A stretch of 64,000 nt of DNA, taken from contig NC_068987.1 in the NCBI RefSeq assembly GCF_001194135.2, forward strand, positions 84,526,512-84,590,511, in the 5' to 3' direction. Each line of letters begins with the position of its first letter. Position 1 is the stretch's first letter. The stretch comes from Octopus bimaculoides (taxonomy: Eukaryota). A program made the translations under genes and the position numbers. The notes beneath the pieces were generated by a model. It saw nothing but the letters and a program-made list of their open reading frames with translations, was not told the origin of the DNA and ran no database searches. Of this stretch, positions 46,347-59,964 are shown piece by piece.

Positions 46347-47653
46347 TTGAACTGCAACCATGCTGAAGTTGCGCCCTGAAGAATTTAGTCGAAGAAATTG
46401 GGACCTGTACTTAAGGGCGCGTGCACATACTTGTGCATGCGTGTGTGTATTTGGGTGTATGTGTGTATGTCTGTTCTATATTATAATTATTATAACTCTT
46501 CCACTCAGGAGGAAGCCGGTTCCCAACAAAGATACAAGTTACCAACTTTGGGATGTAGTTTAATACAGACAAATTCACATTTGGAACTTAAGAAAATTCT
46601 AGCATATTTTTATTGTTCCATTCACTGATTGTTCTTGTAAGGTACGAATTAGCCGGCCAATTTCTCTTTCTGAAAATTTCAGTTTATCCAGATTCTGCTT
46701 GTTCTCCAATTATTATTGGTATGAATATAAATTCATAGTCTGGATATAGAAGCTGGAGGTTTCGAAGCAGTTGTCCATAGATATTCTATTTTTCTTTGAT
46801 TTTGAAAGAGATATTTATATCTCCTGGGCAGCTGACCTTTATGGTACATACATTTGCCCCTCTGTCCTAAACAACAATATCCGGTCTGTCATGTTTACAT
46901 TGGTATGTAAGTATGTTTTAATTGAAGTCTATTACTTTATTTTATCGATCTCTTCAGTAGATTTGCCAATGATGCCGGTACTTAAAGAAAACAACACAGG
47001 TTGTTAAGCGGTCCAACGGAATAAAACAGACAGAAGCACAGATGCAACTTGCAAACACATACATATTTATACCTGTATGTATATATATATATATATATNN
47101 NNNNNNNNNNNNNNNNNNNNNNNNNNNNNNNNNNNNTATATATAGTTCATGTATGAGAATCAGATATTCTCCATATAGAATACACTTAATAGTGCTCAAG
47201 AGATTTAAACTTGAGCGGGTAGAGGAGTAAACGTAAGAATAAGCAAGTTAGGCTGGACGATATACAAAGAATTTTAAATCCATTAAAAAAAACGTATATA
47301 AGCGTACATACAAAATGGTCCGACTTACACAGAATAGAAATTAAAGGGGTCAAAAATGAAAGAAGAGTATTACAAATCACAAAGCTGATTCTGGAGGCTA
47401 GGTGGTTCAAAATAATGATTATAAATTGATTGCATCGTCTTCAGGGAAGAAATCTGACATTTGAGTTTTTGACAGAAAGGAAATCTGATGTCTGTTTATC
47501 AAAACATCCATAAATATATGACTACAAACACATACGTGACGAGCTTCCATTCGGCTTGCGTTTACCAGATTCATTCATATGGTTTTGAGAATTTTCTTTC
47601 ATCGTTTGGTCACGAAATCTTTACTTGATATGTATATATATATATATATATAT

Positions 47654-47924
47654 AATATATAGTTTTAGGGAAAATAACCAAGTTTCAAGAACTCATCGAT
47701 GAAAATCCACTATCACATATAGAAAAAATAACAATTAAAAACACAATGAGTATAATATAAAACAAAGTAAATATCATAAGATATTATCGTTATCTTATGA
47801 TATTTACTTTGTATTATATTATACTCATTTATTGTGCTTTTAATTATTAATTTTTCTATATGTGATAGTGGATCTTCATCGATGAGTTCTTGAAACTTGA
47901 TTATTTTCCCTAAAACTATATATT
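47654..47924. repeat. long AT-rich fold-back palindrome (about 130-bp arms, 7-nt loop)
   Basis: Left arm 47654-47783, loop TTATCGT 47784-47790, right arm 47791-47924. By my manual alignment there are 6 substitutions and one 4-nt indel. Confidence 0.95.
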
Positions 47925-48018
47925 TTATATATATTTTATCTATAAAGCTCAATTTAATTTTGATTTTTCATAAATTGAATTTAATTGAGTTTTTACCTGT
48001 AATTTTGGATTTTGTCCC

Positions 48019-48055
<37 letters not shown>

Positions 48056-48101
48056 TAGACACACAAACACAGCACGTAAAAGTTTCATAATCAGTAGAAG
48101 A

Positions 48102-48136
<35 letters not shown>

Positions 48137-50097
48137 AAGAGAGAGAGGGGGAGGGGAGAGAAAGAGAGAGAGAGAGGTGCATATTAATGGCTGTCGCTGA
48201 TAGCGAGTATAGTCTTTCTCCATATTAATGTCTATTTCTTATGATATTTGAAAATTCGATATAAACTACATTTAACCGGATTTTAGGTTTATTATACGTA
48301 ACCTGAAATTTTCACTGTTATGTCTTCACTAAAGTTAATCATATAAGTAAATTAGACACTGGAAGTCTGGTGACAATATTGTTTACATACTGTCTGGAAA
48401 ATTATAATGCATTGCTTATGTTGCTTAATCGTTTTTAATTTCATTTCGTGAGCTTTTCCTTCAAGAAAGAAGTGATGGAAAAGAGTGTATTCAATANNNN
48501 NNNNNNNNNNNNNNNNNNNNNNNNNNNNNNNNNNNNNNNNNNNNNNNNNNNNNNNNNNNNNNNNNNNNNNNNNNNNNNNNNNNNNNNNNNNNNNNNNNNN
48601 NNNTATATATATATACCGATGGGTTTGACTGATTAGCTGAATTAAGAAGATACATACACACACACACACACACACACACACTATATAAATGCGTCTATAA
48701 GCGTATGTATATATATGTATATATATAGATATATATGTACACATAGATATGTATACATATACATACACACTCACAAACACACACACACACACACACACAC
48801 TCACACACAGTCATATCCATATGTGTGTATGTATAATATACATTTATATGTGTACGTATAAATATATATATATATATGTATATGTATAAGTGTATACATA
48901 CATGGTGCGCGCGTGTGTTTCCTTTATTTTAACTTTGACATTAGTATGGTGTTTTGATAAACTACTAATTCTCATGCTAGAAGATCTGTATAATTCAAGA
49001 AAAAAATATCTAATTATCCAAATAAATATAATTACTTTATTTATCTACATATCTAATTTTTCAAATCCAACTTTTTTGTTTAAAAAAAAAATTTCCGTTT
49101 CCTTAATGTTAGATGCATTTGTAGATTGAAACCCCTTGTGTTATTACGCATGAAATATGGTAGAATATGTTTTTAATTGAATAAACACGAAAAGAAAAAG
49201 AAAACCAATGGAGTAAAATTGAATTCCGTTTATTGAGATAGAGTAAGAGATTTAATGAAATACGATTAACTTGCTTGTAACTGAAGTTGAGTTAATATCT
49301 TTCCATCAAATGCTTGGAATTTAGTTATATTGGATGTAAACAATTTATTATATATGTAAGGATTTTAGAATTTTACTGAATGTCACATTTAAATAATACT
49401 ATACTTAATGGGTAGTCTAACGTTCTATTCTTATATAGCAAACATAATGCTGTTATTTTCTTATCTACTGTGTTGCTCTCGATTAACTGCGTTTAAATCA
49501 GCTTTCGCTAGATCATTGATCAGCCCAGCGACAAGGAACAAGGAACCCAACGACAAGGAACACGCTATGTTGTTTGAGGAGTATTTTGCTTCTTCCTAAC
49601 CGAGTGAAACGTTTGTCACCTTCAGATATCTGCAGATGATGCAGAAATTTTCCTACTGTTGCGATGGCTTTAGAAGATGAGTTTACAAGAACTGCGATTA
49701 GCTTCTGCAGTTTTTGCTTGAAAGCAAATCATCTCGGACGTTTATTTCACCATTTGCATAAGACAGAATATTTATATGGTCAATTCAGTCTGTTAGTAGT
49801 GGTAACTAATTCCACCACCTTCAAACTACACACAGATTTTTTTTTAAACAGACACATCGGATACTGTAGACTTGTATTAGATAACGCTTGAAAACCTGGG
49901 ATTCGTCAGTGCTCGAATACACTTTGCAAAATAATCCAATCGAAGGTACAGTTCTCAAGCTAAAAGACAATGACGTCATAGTGTACACACTGGTATGCAG
50001 TAATAAATCGTGTGGGGTTGCAGAATAGCATTTCATACCACCTCTTCGTTTTCTTCAAGCGTATGGAAATCTGCTAAAAATCAAAATTCTTCAACAA

Positions 50098-50257
50098 AGC
50101 GCAGGAGTGGCCGTGTGGTAAGTAGCTTGCTTACCAACCACATGATCACAGGTTCAGTCCCACTGCGTGGCGCCTTAGGCAAGTGTCTTCTACTATAGCC
50201 TCAGGTCGACCAAAGCCATAAGTGGATTTGGTAGACGGAATCTGAAAGAAGCCCGCC

Positions 50258-50319
<62 letters not shown>

Positions 50320-50550
50320 ATGCATATGTTCTTGTGTTTCTATGTTTGTCTCCCCACCCCCCAAAAAAATCGCTTGACAACCGAGGCACCGATGCTGGTT
50401 TATTTACGTCCCCGTCACTTCGCGTTACAGCAAAATAGACCGATAGAGTAAGTACTAGGCTTACAAAGAATAAGTCCTGGGATCGATTTGCTCGACTAAA
50501 GGTGGTGCTCCAGGATGGCCGCAGTCAAGTGACTGAAACACGTGAAAGAA
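50098..50550 (+). mobile_element. family B composite SINE
   Basis: GCAGGAGTGGCCGTGTGGTAAGTAGCTTGC head, (TA)n(TG)n middle, 3' module. Confidence 0.93.
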
Positions 50551-50887
50551 AAACAGTACCAGTGTTTTATTGTAGTTATTTTGCTTATAACATTATCATT
50601 AGTGTCGACATTAATTTTCAAGATATCAAGTTTAAATTAGTCCATTCTGTCTTTCTTGACTAAACAAAACTAGGTGGTGAGTCGCTGAAGAGGTCACAAA
50701 ATGTGCGCGAAATATTTCAGACAAATGACAATAAGAATAATAACACAGTTGAAACAAAGAACGAATATATAATGTTTGTGTTTATATGGCAACATTCCAG
50801 AATATACAAATATCTGTTTCCAGACACGATTTCACATCAGGAATCTAACAAAACAAATGCATAAACTCAATATCTAAACTTATTTAA

Positions 50888-51318
50888 AGGCGGTGAGCTG
50901 ACAGAAACTTTAGAACGCCGGGCGAAATGCATAGCGGCATTTCGACTGTCTGTATGTTCTGAGCTCAAATTCCGTCGAGGTCGATTTTGCCTTTCATCCT
51001 TTCGGGGTCGATAAATTAAGTACAAGTTACGCACTGGGGTCGCTGTAATCGACTTAATCCCTTTGTCTGTCCGTGTTTGACCCCTCTATGTTTATCCCCT
51101 TGTGAGCAATAAAGAAATAAGAAACGTTAGCACGCCCAGTGAAATGTTTTGCAATATTTCGTCAGTCTTTGTGTTCTGAGCTCAAATTCCGTCGAGGTAG
51201 ATTTGTTTTTCATACTTTAGGGGTCGATAAATTAAGTACCAGTTGCGTTTTGGGTCGATCTAATCAACTGTCCCTCTGCCCCAAAATTTCAGGCCTTGTC
51301 CCTAGAGAAGAAAAGAAT
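50888..51318 (+). mobile_element. family A SINE dimer
   Basis: AGGCGGTGAGCTGACAGAA head; junction AAAGAAATAAGAAACGTTAGCACG at about 51110-51135. Confidence 0.92.
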
Positions 51319-52009
51319 ATCTAAACTTATTTCATTTAATACACCTATATTTTAAGATGCTAGTGTATGGATTAGAGATTCGGTAGTAATTCCTTTCAGG
51401 TGACATAATCGCCCGCATGTATAAAGTATGATTTAGATGAAGAGCGATGCCAAACGTGACCATCCAATTTTTATGGTCTTGTTTTATATGGAACAGTATA
51501 TATGGTATTGCAATAAATTGTGTTCCCTATCTAAGGCAATGGGACGTAAAATGAAGGAGAATTGGTTGGCATTTCTTCCATATCAATTACCTATATAGAT
51601 GGTCTCAGTTTGTGCAAGGCTGTATTTGATCTGAAGCACGTACTTTATTACTCTAAATCGTTAATGTCATACAAATATAACCGGATAAACGGAAACTAAA
51701 TAGTAGGTAAACTCACAGGTTTACATACTGAGTAGTTTTACATTTGATTGAAAGTCATTTTAGTATGAAATAAACACCAGAATTCGTTATATCTTTCTTC
51801 TTTTCCTTAATATTAATATTTAGTCCAGTTCAGTTCTTCAGCAGAACCATAGTAAAATATGAATCTCCTTTGTCTCATTTAATCTACAACTAAATGTATT
51901 TTCCTACTCTGTCCATCTTCTCTAAATCAATTCAAGGAAATTTGGCTGTGATTTCATGCATGACGGGCCACTGCGCAGAGCATCCCGCGTATGTATTACT
52001 TAACAGCCC

Positions 52010-52215
52010 GTTCTAATATAGGCACAAGGCCTAACATTTTGCATGAGGGAATAGTTGATTTCATCGTCCCCAGTGTGTAACTGGTATTTATTTTACCGAC
52101 CTTAAAAAGATAAAAGGCAGAGTTGATCTAGGCGGAATTTGAGTTCAGAACGTAAGGACAGGCGAAATGCTGGTAAGCATTTTACCCGGCGTGCTAACGT
52201 TACTGCCAGCTCGAA
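52010..52215 (-). mobile_element. family A SINE (diverged)
   Basis: GGCACAAGGCC…GGCGGAATTTGAGTTCAGAACG…TACTGCCAGCTCG. Further decayed minus-strand copies lie at about 4440-4560, 11600-11770, 12060-12190, 28275-28430, 28490-28700, 53240-53425, 56450-56600, 58612-58694 and 60460-60655. Confidence 0.85.
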
Positions 52216-54027
52216 CGGAATGCGAACTAAGGAAAAATTGTTATTATATCACTATATTTTTACATTATTTCAATCTTACACGTTGATATTTCCGCTTTGG
52301 TCTATCATGTTTCGAGGCTGCAACATGATTTTATCCTGTACTGAACCATCATCTCTTTGTGTAAAACATTTAAATCAATGAAATGTTATTGAAACGAAAT
52401 ATTTATCATTAGAAACGTGGCGGAATACAAACAGTTGTTAATATTCATATTTATTTCTTCATCTATAATTCTTTTCTCTAAATACATCACTATCAATGCT
52501 TGATGAATCTCCAGCAACACCCTTCAAAGGTCTTAATCCATGAAAACCATTCATCATTTACCATTATCCTTGCCATGCTTCTGCAGCTCTAAGGAAATAG
52601 AGTTGTGCAGTAGTCATCACTCATCACCTAATGTAGATCTTGACAAATGATATTCCGATAAAATCTCAAGTGTTTAATATTTAAAAAGCAGTCGAGGTTA
52701 ATAACGTAGCAAGCGTCATAAGACTAATTGAGAAACGTCGAAATTATTCCGCAATTCGGTTTCAATACTTCGCTGATTTAACTATTTTGCTATTTTCGGG
52801 TTAAGTCAGTTTTTGTAACTCAGCAAGGGAAATTATTTTATTTGCATGAATTGTTTTATGAGTATTAAGTAGTGAGAATAAAGCTTCCAAAAGAAATACC
52901 AGCCACTGAAACACACATTCAGTTCAAGTTCAATTCTATTTCAAAACATAGTTAAAGCATAGAGCGTCAGAAAAAAATGCGTTGCTGTGCTCCTTTAGGC
53001 TCTTGGCATTCTAAATTCATATCTCGTCGATATGAACTTGCCTTCCATCTTTCCAAGATCGATAAAACAATGTGCCGATCATGTAGTACGGTCAATGGTG
53101 TAGAAAGACACCTGCTCTTCGAAATCACTGGCCGTCAACATAAAGCAGAAACCAACATGCAGTCCCTTAGTTGCTTTTGGGAAGGGCGTAAATGTCATGA
53201 GAAAAATTGTCTCCCTTGTGATATATTATTGTTTCAAATTTTGGAACAGGGCCAGCAATTTTGAGGGGATGGGCAAGTCGGTTGTATCGATAAATGTTCT
53301 TGACTGGTAAATAGTTTATCTACCCTGAAAAAGATGGGAGCGGAGTTTGAGCTCAGAATCTCTAGAGGCAAATGATGTTAAGCATCTTATACGATGTGCT
53401 AACTATTCTACCAGTTCACCTCCTATAATATAATATAAAGATAGTGTTGCTTTATATAAACGAAAATAAAATACTACATTTTATATCACAATGGAAGTAT
53501 TTTATCAGGCAGGTCAAACATTCCACCATAATTTCAAACCATCCATGTATATTCAGTTTGTACGGAGGTAGACGTTGGAAGACAGATCTATATTGTTGAA
53601 ACTACTTAACTCCAACGTTTTCAGTGAAACGCCACAAGCGTTTCTTTGCGCATTATATAAATATCTTCATTATCCTCACAGACTCGGTTCACCTAAACAT
53701 CAATCGTTGATATAAGATCATTCACTAATGTGAGTAGTGATCAGTCAGCAGCATATCCTTAGGAAAGACGTATTCCTCTTTTACTAAAACTAAGGAACTA
53801 AAAGTAACTACTTACAAGTTAAAATGTTTTTGAAGTTAGTATAGATTTGAAATTACATTTGTACTTTCATTAACATATCATATCTATGTCTCATCGATAT
53901 TTCTTTACTGATTTCTTACTTTACAAGTGATCTTTGTTTCCAATGTCTGGAATAGCAGAGTAAAAAAATTTAAAAATTGTCTGAGGTGAGATGTGTTCTA
54001 TAATAGCTTCGCCTGATGTTCGTGAGC

Positions 54028-54095
54028 GAAATTACGAGGGTAGGCCGAAGAGATCATTGGCTGACTATGAAGGAGTGATACGAGAGCTGTGGAAC
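54028..54095 (+). mobile_element. mariner-like 5' terminal fragment
   Basis: TACGAGGGGTAGGCCGAAGAG start resembles mariner termini. No partner TIR was found. Confidence 0.4.
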
Positions 54096-55803
54096 ATTGC
54101 AAGCAATATTTTAACTGCATTGCTTCTTTCCAGGTAAGCTGACGTCATTTATGATGGTGATGACTTTTTTTATCAACAGGATGAAAGCCTCTTCAGTGGG
54201 TTGTGTTCTCGAGCAAAACGTTTCATCTCACGTTGCTCTGACGTGTAGTACAGCTAACTGTGAACTTTTCAATTTGGATGGAAAGAGTGAGCTAATGTAC
54301 AATTCCAATATTTTATCTCTATAAAAAATATCGTTTTTGCAGGTCGTTCCGTAATACTCTGCAGAAACCCTTTTCTGTGTATTATGCTAGGTGTGTCCAC
54401 AAGTTCCTGAATATATATGACGGTAGATTTATGCGGAACGATGCTGTTTAACTCTCTTTTGAATGAGATTTGGAATAAAGCAAAGGATCGATCAAAAATT
54501 ATAAAACAAAACGAAGACAGATCTTGAGACTAAAAACGCGCTTGGCGTTCTAAAATGTCTCGAGAATGAACACAGAAATGGTGACGAGAAAAGGCTGATA
54601 CAAAACAAGAACAAACAAATGCAGAGTACAAGCAAGGGTGTCTGTGGACATAAGACGTGGATGAACATAGAAAATACTAGCGTATATTGGTAATAGGAAA
54701 TTGAATTTTCATCGTGAATCGAGGAAGACTGAACACGCAAGATAAGAGTGATGCTCCTCGCGAAATAAAAGGCTAAGAGAAGGAAATGTTGGATATGTGC
54801 GGGAGCAGGAGGTAGATAAGGTAGAGAAAGTAACGATCAGCGAGAGAGTGGGAGCAATATAGAGCGAAAGAATATGGGAGATACGGTTAAGATAGTGTTG
54901 GAGAGGTAATTAGAGAGAGGGTGTAAGAGGGAACGATAGTTAGAGAGTTAATGAAAGAGAAAGAGAGAGTAAAATAGACCGAGAAAAATAATCACTGAGT
55001 GAACATGATTATGTGTACTTGAATAAAGAATTCAAAAGTATATTGTAAAGGCTTATGAATAACTAACACAAAGGACAAACTATAAACATGGATAAAGCAA
55101 TTTAATCAATCAACTTTCATTGTAGGATTTCCAAAATTTCGACGCTTGGAAAAAGGTTGGTATCCTTAATTTGGAAGGCACCAGTTTTCACAGAAAACCA
55201 AACGTAAACAAGTCTTGCGAGTAATTTCCATATGGGACGTAGAAAATATCTACCGAATGAAAACGACGCAGTTATATAGTTATAAATTGACTTGCACCAG
55301 AGACCACCAAACTGAAATAAATATATTGAAGCAAATCTCAAATAACTCATCACAACAGTAGCAAAAGCATCTGTAATCATGGTGAGGATCGCACATTTTT
55401 TTTTTTTTTTGTGGCGCAAAAAGGTGAGCAATTTTCTATTACTTATTCATACAGTGAACGTGCTTCAACACAGGAAATGTCTTATATGACTAAAAACAAA
55501 TGTTAGTATATGCGATCAAGGTCTCATTGATTTGTTGAAGTATCTCCGAAAACTGAAAGCTGTGTACCGGAAAAGTACACGTACTCAGAAAATTTTAATG
55601 AATGTGACGTGTCAGAACTTTCCTTCAGCAGAGTCATTGATCTTCTCATAAATAAGCCATCAAATACGCTAGGAAATAATAGAAATAAGCCCCACCCAGA
55701 AATTTATTATCATTTTATCGATAACGAAATACTTACACAGGCATGAGGTTTCTATGTAAATAAGCATAGTTATTATACGAGTTGAAGTCTAAAAGAAAAT
55801 ATA

Positions 55804-55952
55804 GAGCGCAGGTGTAGTTGTGTGGTAAGATGTTCCCTTCCCGACCATATGGTTCCGGGTTCAGTCCCGCTGCGTGGTACCTTGGCCAAGTGTCTTCTGC
55901 TATAGCCTCAAGCCGAGTGAATTTGTTGTACGGAAACTGAAAGAAGCCCGTC

Positions 55953-56000
<48 letters not shown>

Positions 56001-56205
56001 TGTGTGTGTGTCTTTTTTTGTCCCCACCACCATCACTTGGCAACCGATGTTGGTGTGTTTACATCCCCGAATTCTAGCGGTTCAGCAAAAGAGAGCGATA
56101 GAATAACTACTAGGCTTACAAAGAAAAAGTCACGGGGTTGCTTTGGTCGACTAAAGGCGGTGCTAATCATGCCTGCAGTCAAATCACTGAAACAATTTAA
56201 AGAAT
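55804..56205 (+). mobile_element. family B composite SINE
   Basis: Head GCGCAGGTGTAGTTGTGTGGTAAG, CCTTGGCCAAGTGTCTTCTGCTATAGCCTC box, (TA)n middle, 3' module. Confidence 0.9.
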
Positions 56206-56689
56206 AAACGAATAGAGCGTCGGTGTGTTTACCTTTCAGTATAGGGAACGCGCTCAATCGACCTGACTTCAAAGCAAGTTATGCCATCATCGTTGGCGTA
56301 GCATCACCGTGCATTTGAAACAATAATTTAAGGACCAGGTATGTATTATGTCGAGGTTTTTTAAAACTAACTCTTCTCTGTAGATTTGAAGGAAATATTT
56401 CGTGGTGCTACCATAATAGTTTTCTTTCTCCAAACAAGCAAAAAGAGTGGAATTTTTGGAGAAGGATGAGTGTTAGTCGATTACATCGATCCGACTGCTC
56501 ACCTGAAAGGCAGGCATGGCCGATCTCGGCGGAATTTGAACTCAGAATGAAAAATCTCGATGAAATGCGGCCGAGCCTTTTGTCGAGGAGGTTAATGATT
56601 CACCCAATTGACCACCTTCACAGCCACGAATACATTGATATTAGTTAAAAAGCAGGTTGCCGCAGCTGCAACAGAACTAGAAGCAACAA

Positions 56690-56757
56690 TAGCAGCAGCT
56701 GTAGTAGTAGTAGTACTAGTAGTAGTAGTAGTAGCAGTAGTAATAGTAGTAGTCGTG

Positions 56758-56808
<51 letters not shown>

Positions 56809-57760
56809 ACAATAGCAGCAGCAGCAGCAGCAAGGCAGAGCAACATCTGATGTCTCTGTCTAAACCAATCATCTCAGCAGAACCAAGCTATGATGAAAGT
56901 CACTGCTTTCCATATGTATGATTATTGTTGAATGGGCCTTCATGTTTCACATGATATAGGGTTATTTTACTTGCTATTTCTAGTGAGTCTTGTACACGCT
57001 TTGAAGAGTACTCTGTTGTCTCGTAATAAAACAAGTAGAAATAATGGTTTTAATTTAGAGATCGCCACTGTTGTCGATGTGGGGCATGGACCACAGCACT
57101 GGACATAACAATTCCGAAATGGCAATGTCGACCTCGGTGGGTTTGGGATATCGAATGTTAATGTAGGGAAGCTTGTTAGATGAAATGATAACAACAAAGT
57201 TAGCAGGAATAAAGCGAAGAAGAAGAAGAAGAAGAAGAAGAACAACAACAACAACAACAACAACAGCAACAAATGAAGAGAAGAGGAAAAATAAAGGAAG
57301 TGGAGGAGGAGCTGAATAAAAGAATGAGGAAGATGAGATGGAGAGAAGATGAAGTGGATAAAGAAAAAATAAAGGAAAGCGGATGAGAAAAATAAAAGAG
57401 GATGATGAAAAGAAGGAGAGGAAGAGAAAAAGAAGTAAAAGAAAGAAGAGAAGTAGACAAAAAGATAAAGAAGGGACAGGAAGAAGAAGAAAACGAAGAA
57501 GAAGAAGAAGAAGAAGAAGAAGAAGAAGAAGAAGAAGAAGAAGAAGAAGAAGAAGAAGAGGGCACGAGAGGAGAAGAGAAGACGAAGATGAAGTTGAGAA
57601 GAAAGAAGATGAAGAAAAAGGAAAAGGAGAGAAAGAATAAAGACGTACAAGAAAAGTTAGCTGAGAAAATAAGGAAGGAAATTAACATGCGTTCACATAC
57701 GAAGAAAGAAAAGAAAGTAAATGCGATGATGGCAAAGGTTGAAGAAAAATATAATTGACA
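56690..57760. repeat. trinucleotide / purine-rich low-complexity block: (TAG)n, (GCA)n, (CAA)n, (GAA)n
   Basis: Read directly from the sequence. It accounts for the poly-T/V/L/E/R/S ORFs. Confidence 0.95.
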
Positions 57761-57791
57761 GAAGACTAAATGGGATATGTGGAGTGTGTGT

Positions 57792-57828
<37 letters not shown>

Positions 57829-58571
57829 TGTGTGTATTAAGTAAAGCTAAACATGAAGTATAATAATAATTCATTCTAATATTACATAAAATCTTCTCAG
57901 TAATGGAATGTAAAATATATTGAAGGCTGAACCACAAAAATCAGTCTGAACTCGTCCAAGTGATTAAAACAGTACTCTCTCACATCATAATATTATTACA
58001 TGCATACCGTTTTTTCTTTTAAAATATATATATATATATATATATATATGTTCTTTTTCTTTTTGTTCGGAACCTCATTGAATAGGTACATATTGATTAT
58101 TGATTCCTGACAGCTTCAAGACGGAATAGACTTTTCTTTTAGTGTAATATAGTAGATGAAGAATGATATGGTAGCGGTGTGGCGTTTTCGAAACAATTCA
58201 AATATCTGCTGCATATGGAATCTAATCCAACACTGAAGGTTGCCTATTATTAAAATGTTCTTCAATGCTTTCAATGGTTCCAGGCGCTGTCTTCAAGCTT
58301 TTAGTCAATTATATTGACCCTAGTACATCCTCAGCTTCTCATTTTATTGATTCCTGTATATTGAATGTATTGAATGGCTGGTTTTGGCTTGAGTTTCTAT
58401 AGGTTTTTTTTTTCTTTCTGGAAGTTACCACTATTTGAAGTGGTAATCCCTTTTAAAGCGTATAACTCATTATATTGATAAAATGAGAACCACACACTGT
58501 ACTAAGAAAAATGTAATATACTTTAATCCGAAATAATAAAAGGTAATTAGAAGAAATTGCATTGAAAGTTA

Positions 58572-58610
<39 letters not shown>

Positions 58611-59595
58611 GTTTCTTTCTTACTCTAGGTACAAGGCCCAAAATTTTTGGAGAGGGGGCTAGTCGATTAGATCGACCCCAGTACGGAACTGGTGNNNNNN
58701 NNNNNNNNNNNNNNNNNNNNNNNNNNNNNNNNNNNNNNNNNNNNNNNNNNNNNNNNNNNNNNNNNNNNNNNNNNNNNNNNNNNNNNNNNNNNNNNNNNNN
58801 NNNNNNNNNNNNNNNNNNNNNNNNNNNNNNNNNNNNNNNNNNNNNNNNNNNNNNNNNNNNNNNNNNNNNNNNNNNNNNNNNNNNNNNNNNNNNNNNNNNN
58901 NNNNNNNNNNNNNNNNNNNNNNNNNNNNNNNNNNNNNNNNNNNNNNNNNNNNNNNNNNNNNNNNNNNNNNNNNNNNNNNNNNNNNNNNNNNNNNNNNNNN
59001 NNNNNNNNNNNNNNNNNNNNNNNNNNNNNNNNNNNNNNNNNNNNNNNNNNNNNNNNNNNNNNNNATATATATATATATATATATATATAAACACATACAT
59101 ACACACACATATATACACACATACATATATACACACATACATATATACAGTTATACGCTTACACACATACACACACATACATATATATATATATGTACAC
59201 ATACATACATGCATACATACTTAGGAGAGTCTTTGTGGGTTTTCTCTCTGAAAACCTTAATAAAATGCAAACATAATAGATGGGACATAGTGAGTTGAGG
59301 CAAAGATGAGAAACTATACACGGCAGAAATGAGCTGCGCAAGGAATGTTAGCATAACGCAGAAGATCAATGATAAGAAGAAAAAAACATGTAAGTTGAAC
59401 TATTGAGACCCCTAATAATGATAAGTAACAAACTGCTTGAGCACGAATACTGAGAAATAAGAATTCTCGAAACCAGAGGAGGGAAAACGCATAAGGTGAT
59501 TCTAGAAACAAGACATCAATGGAATTATCAAAATATGTAAACTCTTAGCATTTATATACATGTGCACATTTGTAGACATGCAACTATAAAAATAC

Positions 59596-59964
59596 CAATC
59601 AGAGCGCGTCAACCTCCGGAAAGTAACACCAACGTCCTCTCAATAATTAACCGGAAATGATTTTTAAGATAAGAAAATCTGAAATAAACTCGATTGCTCT
59701 CACAAACAAGAATACTAAAATTGAATCCGACCGCTCTCGAAAATTAAGAAAAGAACAAACGGAAAAATAATCCAGAATCATTGTCGGGTACTAGATTGAT
59801 CCCAAAATCTAATCAGTTCGTGCCAGTCACAAGGCGAAGCATCCCTGAAAGTTTCATTCGAATCCATTTAGTGTTTCTTGAGATATCTTGTCCACGGACA
59901 GACGAACAAACAAAGAAACAGGACTGCAAACAATACCTTCACCTTCGCTAAGGTAGAGATAATA
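59596..59964 (+). mobile_element. probable Helentron-associated non-autonomous element (HINE/DINE-1-like)
   Basis: AAAATCTAATCAGTTC…GAAAGTTTCATTCGAATCCA…GAGATATCTTGTCCACGGACAGACGAACAAACAAA microsatellite-like segment. It ends in an imperfect hairpin TACCTTCACCTT-CGCT-AAGGTAGAGATA followed by ATAA. The classification rests on recalled HINE architecture. Confidence 0.5.

Noticed and set aside
56592-57937. Poly-T/V/L/E/R/S/F ORFs
   Set aside because: These are translations of trinucleotide repeats, with no non-repetitive domain.
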